A stretch of 64,000 nt of DNA. Source: Candidatus Omnitrophota bacterium (GTDB lineage Bacteria; Omnitrophota; Gorgyraeia; Zapsychrales; Fredricksoniimonadaceae). The DNA is taken from NCBI GenBank assembly GCA_044225175.1, contig JBGAJA010000003.1, positions 69,428 through 133,427 on the forward strand, given 5' to 3'. A model generated the notes under the pieces. It was not told where the DNA came from. It saw only the letters and a program-made list of their open reading frames with translations, and did no database searches. Positions 25,922-33,668 of this stretch are shown piece by piece (the first letter of the stretch is position 1; each line of letters begins with the position of its first letter). The translations under genes and the position numbers were made by a program.

Positions 25922-26302
25922 ATGAAAAGAAAAAATCAAAAAGGATTTACCCTGGTAGAAGTTATGGTTTCGGTTTTTATTGTTTTTATAACGATGGTGG
26001 GGACTCTGCAGCTATACGTGCATACTTCGCGCCTGGCGGAAATTGCTGGAGATAAGAGTATCGTTCTTAACGAAGCCCAAAATAAGATGGATGAAATTCG
26101 TAATACCGCCTTTAGTTTGATCGCCTCAACTTATCCTACAGGAACAACATTTGCTTTGCCCTCACAATTAACAGGAAGCGCCACGATTACCTTAGATACA
26201 TCTAACAGTAACATCTATGGTGTCACCATCACGATGACATGGAAGAATAAGAAAGGGTTCGGCTCAACGTTAACACTTGTTAGCAGGATTGCAAATAAAT
26301 GA
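25922..26302 (+). CDS. Prepilin-type N-terminal cleavage/methylation domain protein (PilV/GspH-like minor pilin)
   Basis: KGFTLVEVMVSVFIVFI prepilin signature. Confidence 0.7.
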   Translation: MKRKNQKGFTLVEVMVSVFIVFITMVGTLQLYVHTSRLAEIAGDKSIVLNEAQNKMDEIRNTAFSLIASTYPTGTTFALPSQLTGSATITLDTSNSNIYGVTITMTWKNKKGFGSTLTLVSRIANK

Positions 26303-26829
26303 TAAATACAAATAGAAACACTCAAGGAATCAGTTTGACGGAAATTTTGGTAACAGTGGCTTTATTGACGTTGCTTTCAGGAGGGGCAGTACAGCTTTTA
26401 ATAGTCGGCTCGGATTCTTATGTTGTTAACAAAAATAAAATAGAATTACAACAGGAGCTTCGAAAATCCGTCGATTGGATCAAAGAGGATTTGCGTCAGA
26501 CAGGTATAAATGGTTTGGTGAATATGAATACAGACACGACCTATACTCAAATCACTTTTCGTGTGGCTGTGGGAGCTGTGGCAGGTGGAACAACCACATG
26601 GTCAAACAACACGATTCAATATATGTTAGGGGGAACAGGAGGGGTACAACTGCGAAGGATCTCTGGTGCTACGACTCAAATTATTGCGCAGAATATAACC
26701 ACATTGCAGTTTAGACGCAATTCCAGCGCCCCCAATATTATTATTGTGACCATAACATCATCCAACAATCAGGGAAAAGGAGGAACAATTTCTCTTAATT
26801 ACAGTGCTAAAATAAATATACGTAATTAA
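26299..26829 (+). CDS. Prepilin-type minor pilin (PilW/GspJ-like)
   Basis: QGISLTEILVTVALLTLL prepilin signature. The start overlaps the upstream stop (ATGA). Confidence 0.6.
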   Translation: MINTNRNTQGISLTEILVTVALLTLLSGGAVQLLIVGSDSYVVNKNKIELQQELRKSVDWIKEDLRQTGINGLVNMNTDTTYTQITFRVAVGAVAGGTTTWSNNTIQYMLGGTGGVQLRRISGATTQIIAQNITTLQFRRNSSAPNIIIVTITSSNNQGKGGTISLNYSAKINIRN

Positions 26830-26852
26830 ATAATGAGAAATTGTAAAAAAAT

Positions 26853-28322
26853 ATGAAAATAAAAATAATATCTAATGATCGAGCAAGCATACTGATGTTG
26901 TGCATTATGGTAGTGGCCATGCTTGTAAGCTTTGGAGGTGCTTTTATGCTTTTAAGCTTAGGCGAGGCCAGGGTGGTTGAAAGAGGGCGGATCAACACGA
27001 TTGCTTTTAATATCGCTGAAGCTGGACTTGAACAGGCTATGTATGCAGTCAGGGCAGATTTTTTAAATGATCGAAGCTGGAGTACGGTGACGGTGGGTTC
27101 CACATATACGCCGTCGACGGCAAACTGGACCGATATTTATTCTGGCGTCAGCTTAAACGGTGGAACATATACTTCTTCCATTAAGGCCACAGAGCAACCA
27201 CAAGAGCTCTGGCTTCAATCTACAGGAACTTATAGCGGCCAAACCCAGACAATCAGGACTTATGTCAAAATGGTCAGCTCTTCTCCTTGGGACAATGCCA
27301 TTTTTACTGGGTCGGGTTTTATGGGTGCTGCGGTCAACGGGAACGTCAATATTAGAGGTTCTGTCGTTATTCTAGGGACGGGACTCAAAAGTACTGATCA
27401 TGCCATTGATCTAGGAGGGACGGCGGAGCTTGTGGGCAATAATTACAATACTTTACCAGATTCAATTTTGCCAAAAATTCCTGCCTTACCAACCATAGTT
27501 TTTGGTAATGAGACGATATCAACGCTTAATGCAACTTTGCGTGTTAAACGGGGCAAGGTAGCACTGAGTGGATCATCTGCCGTTGGAGAAGCAAATGTCA
27601 TCGGCAACAGTGTCAAAGAAACAGTTGACGGTGTGTATGTTACAGATGGTTTTGCAGGCAACCAAGGAAGTGCCAATGTCCATTCAGATAATGGTTGGTC
27701 CAACGCTTTTGATCTTTCCAATGTTGTTTTCCCAACTTTAGGCTGCGGAGCCACGTATTGTGATGGGTATTACACATCCTCAACAGGATATAACTCCGAT
27801 GCTGTTATTATTAATGGAAATGTTAACATTACTCCGACGACCACGATTGCCCCGGTCACTAGCGGATCAAACAGTTTTAGGGTAGACAATGGCAATATTA
27901 CTATTGTCGGCAAGGTTTATATTAAAGGGACTTTATCCATGAATAAGTCTGGTCCTAATAAAACCGTTACTTATAGTGGGAACGGTTCTATTTTAACTTC
28001 TGGCACTGTCCAGATTAATGCTGACTTACTGACCAACGGCGATAATTCCTACCCAACAAATGTTATGGCTATTATGACTCCAGCGTCTGTTTTCTTTAAT
28101 GAAGCGAATATTAATGTGATGGGGTTATTTTATGGTGGGACAAATATAATTGTACAAAAGCAGACCAATATTATAGGAACACTCGTTTCGAATTGGGTTA
28201 GTGTGGGACAAAACGTTCCTTCTGTATATCAGGTTCCCGATACCGCCAACCATTTGCCAGCAGGTCTTATCGGTGCAGACTCAGGATGGTCTTTAAGGGT
28301 AGTATCTTGGCAGAAGATGTGA
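26853..28322 (+). CDS. PilX-like (PilX_N domain) type IV pilus / pseudopilus assembly protein
   Basis: The N-terminal hydrophobic segment followed by NTIAFNIAEAGLEQA matches the PilX_N signature. Gly/Thr/Asn-rich beta-helix-like remainder. Confidence 0.55.
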   Translation: MKIKIISNDRASILMLCIMVVAMLVSFGGAFMLLSLGEARVVERGRINTIAFNIAEAGLEQAMYAVRADFLNDRSWSTVTVGSTYTPSTANWTDIYSGVSLNGGTYTSSIKATEQPQELWLQSTGTYSGQTQTIRTYVKMVSSSPWDNAIFTGSGFMGAAVNGNVNIRGSVVILGTGLKSTDHAIDLGGTAELVGNNYNTLPDSILPKIPALPTIVFGNETISTLNATLRVKRGKVALSGSSAVGEANVIGNSVKETVDGVYVTDGFAGNQGSANVHSDNGWSNAFDLSNVVFPTLGCGATYCDGYYTSSTGYNSDAVIINGNVNITPTTTIAPVTSGSNSFRVDNGNITIVGKVYIKGTLSMNKSGPNKTVTYSGNGSILTSGTVQINADLLTNGDNSYPTNVMAIMTPASVFFNEANINVMGLFYGGTNIIVQKQTNIIGTLVSNWVSVGQNVPSVYQVPDTANHLPAGLIGADSGWSLRVVSWQKM

Positions 28323-28346
28323 CCAGCGACCCTATGATTTTACAAG

Positions 28347-28380
28347 CCTCTGTAACTTAAGAAGTTGCAGAGGTTTTATT
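28347..28380 (+). terminator. Rho-independent terminator (CCTCTGTAAC/GTTGCAGAGG plus TTTTATTT)
   Basis: 10-bp stem with one wobble. Its loop is similar to the terminator at 24841. Confidence 0.6.
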
Positions 28381-28533
28381 TGATTATCGACTAGAAGAAA
28401 ACATTGAGACCCTTTTTGCCTATCGGCTGAAGGGCTTTTTTATGATTTTAATTATGTTTTAACCTTCTCTTAATTCGGTGGAACTTATACTTTTTAATGA
28501 TATTTAATCTAGGATTAAAAAAGGAGATAAAAT

Positions 28534-29196
28534 ATGGCATTACAAACAACGATTCGAGAAGAGGTAACCGTCGTGAACGAATTACCTCGAGTGGTATGGG
28601 GTGCAGTTTTGGCTGGGGGAGTAATCGTTATAGCAATTGAACTAGCATTAGGTTTATTAGGGGCTGGTATTGGTTTAAGTTTAACAAATCCAGCCAGAGA
28701 TCCAGAGCATGTCAAAGCATTAGGGATCAGTGCCGTCATCTGGTGGTTTTCAAGCAGCTTAGTTGCAATATATATTGGTTCATGGGTGGCCGGTCATTTT
28801 GCTCGCAACCATGGTGGTTTTCATGGACTATTAGTGTGGGCCCTTAAAGCTGTGCTTATGTTCGTATTTTTGGCCACGTCGGTTGGAGTAATATCGGGTG
28901 GAGTATTTGCGCTTACTAATCCTAACTCTACAGCCGATGACATTAGGATTACGACTCAGTCTTTGGATGATTCGAATTTAAGCGCGGAACAAAAAAGACA
29001 AGAATTGGTCAATGCTACTGCACTTAATACACAAATGAATTCGGAAGAAGCTAAAGCCGCTGCCGCAAAGGCAGCCAAGAAGGCTGCACAGATGTCTTTA
29101 TTAGCATTCTCGATATTGGGGCTTGGTGCCATCGTTTCTTCTGCTGGAGGAGCCCATGGAGCTAGAGATGCGCAAAAAGAAGTTGCCTTCTTTTAA
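28534..29196 (+). CDS. Membrane protein, hypothetical (about 4 TM, Ala/Lys-rich C-terminal segment)
   Basis: Strong SD AAAAAGGAGAT upstream; hydrophobic helices. Confidence 0.5.
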   Translation: MALQTTIREEVTVVNELPRVVWGAVLAGGVIVIAIELALGLLGAGIGLSLTNPARDPEHVKALGISAVIWWFSSSLVAIYIGSWVAGHFARNHGGFHGLLVWALKAVLMFVFLATSVGVISGGVFALTNPNSTADDIRITTQSLDDSNLSAEQKRQELVNATALNTQMNSEEAKAAAAKAAKKAAQMSLLAFSILGLGAIVSSAGGAHGARDAQKEVAFF

Positions 29197-29236
29197 TGAA
29201 TGAAAGATTGGGAAGACAGGCTTTGTACTTAAAATA

Positions 29237-29374
29237 GTTACAGGGCAGCAGCTCGGATTAGCCATTGTTCAACGCATCATCCGGCGTCATAATGGAAAAA
29301 TTTGGGCTGAAGGCCATATTGGTCAAGGAGCCAAATTTTCTTTTGCCTTGCCTATAAAAGTGGGGAGATACTGA
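29237..29374 (+). pseudogene. Orphan C-terminal fragment of a histidine kinase (HATPase_c G2-box region) with no start codon
   Basis: The frame opens just after the preceding gene and reads ...[44 protein letters not shown]. It is homologous to the C-termini of the histidine kinases at 57436..58194 and 36565..40179. There is no in-frame Met. Confidence 0.55.
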
Positions 29375-29393
29375 TAGGTTTATTTTATATTCT

Positions 29394-29422
29394 TTGACTG
29401 CCTTCTTAGATCAGAGTAGTAT
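29394..29422 (+). promoter_or_regulatory. Sigma70-like promoter TTGACT-17-TAGTAT upstream of blc
   Basis: Hexamers at 29394-29399 and 29417-29422 with a 17-nt spacer. Confidence 0.4.
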
Positions 29423-29451
29423 TCCTTAAGCTTCAATTAACAGGGAGGAAT

Positions 29452-29985
29452 ATGATGATCAAGACATCGGTAGTTTTCTTATTGGCGATATTACTTACCG
29501 GCTGTGCTCACACACGTCCTCCCTTAAAGACTGTTGATCAAGTAGACCTGAAACGTTATATGGGGCCTTGGTATGTGATCGCTTGTATTCCAACCTTTAT
29601 TGAAACTAAAGCTTACAATGCTATCGAAGAATATCAGCTGCTCCCAGATGGTACCATTGATACCGTTTTTACTTTTAATAATGGTAGTTTTGAAGGGCCC
29701 AAGAAACGATTTAATCCGCATGGGTTTGTTGTAGATAAGATTAATAACTCAACTTGGGGAATGCAGTTTATCTGGCCTTTCAAAGCAGAATTTCTTATTA
29801 CCTACCTCACGCCAGACTATAGCCAAACTATTATCGGCCGCAATAAACGTGATTATTTCTGGATTCAAGCCCGCACTCCTCAAATTTCAGATGATGATTA
29901 TCAAAGTTTGCTTATGATGTTGAAGGCTCAAGGATATGACATTACTAAGGTTCGTAAGGTTCCTCAGCATTGGCCCAATAAGTAA
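29452..29985 (+). CDS. blc: Bacterial lipocalin (outer-membrane lipoprotein Blc)
   Basis: Lipobox LLTGC; lipocalin SCR1 YMGPWYVIA; C-terminal DYFWIQARTPQISDDDY, similar to E. coli Blc. Confidence 0.75.
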   Translation: MMIKTSVVFLLAILLTGCAHTRPPLKTVDQVDLKRYMGPWYVIACIPTFIETKAYNAIEEYQLLPDGTIDTVFTFNNGSFEGPKKRFNPHGFVVDKINNSTWGMQFIWPFKAEFLITYLTPDYSQTIIGRNKRDYFWIQARTPQISDDDYQSLLMMLKAQGYDITKVRKVPQHWPNK

Positions 29986-30021
29986 TAAGTTTGCATTAGG
30001 AAATTCGGAGTCCACAAAAGA

Positions 30022-30612
30022 ATGACACTCTACAAAGTGATTTATATTCTTTTGTTAACAGTGATCCTGTGGATAGGAAACCTTGAATTATCCTATGCGT
30101 CAAATACTATTGAATTTGGACCTAAAGAAACAAAAATCAATGGCTCAATCAAATATTCTGTGGTGGGGAAATACCAAGCGTCTTTTGATCATTTTAAAGG
30201 CAAGATTGCCATTGATGAGAAATCTTACACTGTACAATCCGTTGAATTAGAGATTCAAGTTTCAAGTATTCGTTCGAATTGCAGTTGGTGTGATAAAATC
30301 GTTTGTTCCAAAAGATTGTTATACACAGAGAAATATCCCGAAATCATATTTAAAAGCAATGCCATTATAAAAGACGGATCTGGTTATCATGTCCGAGGTG
30401 TATTAAAGATGCATGGCGTCGAAAAATCTATGACCTTTCCTTTTAAGGCTAACATCATCGAAGATCATGGTCAGAAGTTTCTCGATTTATCCGGCAATTG
30501 GGAGATTTACCGTAAAGATTTCGGAATCATTTGGAATGCCCTACTAGATCAAGGCGGTGTCCTTGTTGGGAATAATGTTAATGTTCAGTGGGCGATAAGG
30601 AGGGCTTTATGA
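30022..30612 (+). CDS. YceI-like periplasmic (polyisoprenoid-binding) family protein
   Basis: Signal peptide. The length and beta-rich pattern, with GSGYHVRGVLKMHGVEKSMTFPF, resemble YceI-like domains. Confidence 0.45.
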   Translation: MTLYKVIYILLLTVILWIGNLELSYASNTIEFGPKETKINGSIKYSVVGKYQASFDHFKGKIAIDEKSYTVQSVELEIQVSSIRSNCSWCDKIVCSKRLLYTEKYPEIIFKSNAIIKDGSGYHVRGVLKMHGVEKSMTFPFKANIIEDHGQKFLDLSGNWEIYRKDFGIIWNALLDQGGVLVGNNVNVQWAIRRAL

Positions 30613-30968
30613 GCGCAGTATCAATTGTAATTTTAAGCAGCTTAATTTTATGCTCTTCTGTCTCGTATGCCCAGAATATGCCTGTTAAGAAATTATCACG
30701 AGGATTTGTCAATATTGTGACTGCACCCATTGAGATTCCTAAACAAGCTCGCGCCTATTGGATTAAAGGGGCACAAAAGACTCCGCACATCTTGGCGTGG
30801 ATTGGCTGTGGTGTGGTATGGGGAGGAGTGCAAGTAATTAAAAGAACAGGCTCTGGAATATGGGATGTGATTAGTTTTCCATTCTCTAAACCTGCAAATT
30901 ATGAACCGTTATTAAAGCCTAATTTCGTTTTTCAAGAATGGCCTAGAAATCCTAATAGTGGGCGTTAA
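30608..30968 (+). CDS. Secreted small protein resembling the exosortase-associated TIGR04073 family
   Basis: Motif KLSRGFVNIVTAPIEIPKQA after a signal peptide. SD AAGGAGG 6 nt before ATG 30608. Confidence 0.45.
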
Positions 30969-30974
30969 TTTAAA

Positions 30975-32990
30975 ATGAAAACTAAGAAAATCATCGTATT
31001 AGGTGCTACAGGTTACGTGGGAGGAAGACTTGTTGCTAAGCTGCTTGAAGAAGGATATCAAGTTAGAGCAACAGGGCGCTCTAAGGAGAAATTAAAAAGC
31101 AGATTCTGGGCTGATCATCCGCAAGTCGAATTATTTGATGCTGATGTTCAAAACTTGGATTCCTTGCGTAAGGCTCTTAAAGACATGGATATTGCCTACT
31201 ACCTTGTTCATTCCATGAATCCACAGAGTTCTGATTTCGAAGAAGCAGATCGACTCGCTGCGAACAACATGATTAAAATCTCCCAAGAATGTAACGTTAA
31301 AAGAATTATTTATTTGGGAGGCTTAGGTGAAGATAACCCACAATTAAGCAAACATTTAAAATCCCGCCATGAAGTTTGCGAAATACTAAACTCTGGTCCT
31401 GTTCCAGTTACAACGTTAAGAGCAGCCATGATTATTGGTTCTGGTAGTGCTTCTTTTGAAATTTTAAGATATCTAGTTGAACGTCTTCCAATCATGATTA
31501 CCCCTCGCTGGGTCAACACCCCCAATCAACCGATTGGCATTCGAAACGTCATAGAGTATCTTTGTGGCTGCGCGCAAAAAGATGAAACATCAGGGCAAAC
31601 GTACGATATTGGTGGTAAAGAAATTCTTTCGTATTTGGAATTGATGAAGATTTATGCGGACGTTGCGGGTTTAGCCCCAAGAATCTTTATTCAAGTACCC
31701 ATCTTAACCCCTCGATTAAGTTCTCTATGGATTCATTTGGTAACACCCGTGCCCAGCTATATCGCACGACCTTTAGCTGAAGGATTAAGAAATCCAGTCA
31801 TTTGTAAAGATCTTCGTATCAGAGAAATTATTCCTCAAGATTTATTGGATTGCAAAGAGGCGATAACACGAGCCTTACATCTTGTTCATCTTAATGATGT
31901 TAAAACGTACTGGGCGGATGCAGGAAAGGTCCCTCAAATTGCTATAGCGCAAAGGGGAGATCCCAACTGGGCAGGAGGAACGCTCTTACAGGATAAAAGA
32001 ACGCGAATTGTCAAAGCTTCTAAAGAAAGAATATGGGAGGTGATTTCTCATATTGGTGGTGAAACAGGTTGGTATCATGGAACGTGGCTATGGGGGCTTC
32101 GAGGTTCTCTTGATCGACTCGTGGGTGGTGTAGGTTCTTCCCGAGGACGAAGAAATGCGGTAGAAATAGCCGTGGGTGATGTACTCGATTTTTGGCGAGT
32201 GATCGGTGTAAAAAATAATGAGTCCTTAACCCTTGCTGCAGAAATGAAGGTTCCAGGAATAGCTACTTTAGATTTTCAGATCAAAGAAATTGATGCTACG
32301 ACTTGCGAGCTTACTCAACATGCCCGTTTTAGACCCAGAGGATTATTTGGTTTAGTGTATTGGTATTGCTTGGTTCCACTTCACGAATATATCTTTGGGG
32401 GAATGATTAAGAAGGTAGCTGTTCTTTCCACCAAAAAGATACTCGTTATTATTTTCTTAACAGCTTTTTTAAGTATGTCTCCGGCTTGGGCTTATAAAAT
32501 TGGTCCGGTAGAATTTAACGAGAAATATAATAGAGATTCGAACGCATTGTCTTTAAGAGGAGCTGGGCTTAAGAAATTCTTAGGAATACAAGTTGTGGCA
32601 GCAGCGCTTTATATGCCTGAGAATATTTCATCAGCAGACGCTCTGTCTGATTGTCCCAAACGTCTGGAAGTTGTCTATCTTCAGAATATTCCCAAGCAAG
32701 AGCTCCAACGAGCAACGGTTAAAGGTATTCGTAGCAATGTAAGCAAAAATGAATATGGTATTCTGGAACCAAAGATCAATCTTATTAATAATGCTTACAC
32801 CGACGTGCGAAAAGGGGATAGGATTTCAATTGCTTATATTCCATCAAAAGGTTTACAAATTACTGTTAATAGCGATGATAAAGGGTTTGTTGAAGGTCCT
32901 GAGATCGCCCGTGCATTTTTTGCTATTTGGTTAGGTGAACATCCGGTAGATCCTGTAATTAAAGATCTTCTCTTGGGAGGAAAGAAATGA
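30975..32990 (+). CDS. Composite ORF: NAD(P)-binding SDR-type domain plus DUF2867, fused in frame to a signal-peptide-bearing chalcone-isomerase-like (CHI-like) domain
   Basis: N-terminus IIVLGATGYVGGRLV (Rossmann fold). DUF2867-like segment GWYHGTWLWGLRGSLDRLVGGVGSSRGRR ... HEYIFGGM. This is followed directly by MIKKVAVLSTKKILVIIFLTAFLSMSPAWA (signal-peptide-like) and a CHI-like domain. Internal Met at 32403. Confidence 0.55.
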   Translation: MKTKKIIVLGATGYVGGRLVAKLLEEGYQVRATGRSKEKLKSRFWADHPQVELFDADVQNLDSLRKALKDMDIAYYLVHSMNPQSSDFEEADRLAANNMIKISQECNVKRIIYLGGLGEDNPQLSKHLKSRHEVCEILNSGPVPVTTLRAAMIIGSGSASFEILRYLVERLPIMITPRWVNTPNQPIGIRNVIEYLCGCAQKDETSGQTYDIGGKEILSYLELMKIYADVAGLAPRIFIQVPILTPRLSSLWIHLVTPVPSYIARPLAEGLRNPVICKDLRIREIIPQDLLDCKEAITRALHLVHLNDVKTYWADAGKVPQIAIAQRGDPNWAGGTLLQDKRTRIVKASKERIWEVISHIGGETGWYHGTWLWGLRGSLDRLVGGVGSSRGRRNAVEIAVGDVLDFWRVIGVKNNESLTLAAEMKVPGIATLDFQIKEIDATTCELTQHARFRPRGLFGLVYWYCLVPLHEYIFGGMIKKVAVLSTKKILVIIFLTAFLSMSPAWAYKIGPVEFNEKYNRDSNALSLRGAGLKKFLGIQVVAAALYMPENISSADALSDCPKRLEVVYLQNIPKQELQRATVKGIRSNVSKNEYGILEPKINLINNAYTDVRKGDRISIAYIPSKGLQITVNSDDKGFVEGPEIARAFFAIWLGEHPVDPVIKDLLLGGKK

Positions 32991-33538
32991 GTCAAATGTT
33001 TAAGGCAAGAGACATTGCGCTTTTATTGTTCTCCATTATGGTCATTTATTTCTTGGCGCCATCCTTAGATCGCAATCAAGGCATTTATGTTAGTACGATG
33101 TTTGCCATTATTAACATTTGTTCTGCTCGTCCCCTCTGGGATAAACCCCATCGTATCAAATATTTGAGTTATGTATTTGTATCAGTGGTCACCTATTATA
33201 TTTTATTTAATGATGAGCCATGGGGTATGATTTTTCACGGCGGTTTGTTTGAGAGTTCTCCTTGGCCTTTGATTGTTTGCTCTCTACTCATGACCTTCAA
33301 TGGGTGGTTATTATTTAATAATTGGCGCCAACGGCGTTTATATGCTTTGATCACATTGGGCATCCAAATTCCAATTGCCATTTTTATCGGCAGCCAGTAT
33401 TTGCAAGAGTCATTCACCGGTATGTCTCACGGGCTAAAATTCGTTGAGCACTATTCAGGATCCTGGCAAGTTTGGCAATTTGAATGGATGTTAACATATT
33501 ATCTTCCTATATATGCACTGAGTCGTCTCAAAGCATAA
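32987..33538 (+). CDS. Membrane protein, hypothetical
   Basis: ATGA overlap with the upstream gene; 5-6 hydrophobic helices. Confidence 0.45.
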   Translation: MSQMFKARDIALLLFSIMVIYFLAPSLDRNQGIYVSTMFAIINICSARPLWDKPHRIKYLSYVFVSVVTYYILFNDEPWGMIFHGGLFESSPWPLIVCSLLMTFNGWLLFNNWRQRRLYALITLGIQIPIAIFIGSQYLQESFTGMSHGLKFVEHYSGSWQVWQFEWMLTYYLPIYALSRLKA

Positions 33539-33668
33539 AGTCCCACCAGTGCAAAACTAAGCGTTTTTTCAATTACTTTTATAAATTACTTGAATAATGG
33601 ATTAAGTTTTGCCAATATGACTCGTTTTCAATCTACAATTTTTTACAAAATAACTAAAAGGAACTGCC

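Noticed and set aside
26475-26714. 79-aa alternate-frame ORF
   Set aside because: It is internal to the PilW-like pilin gene in another frame.
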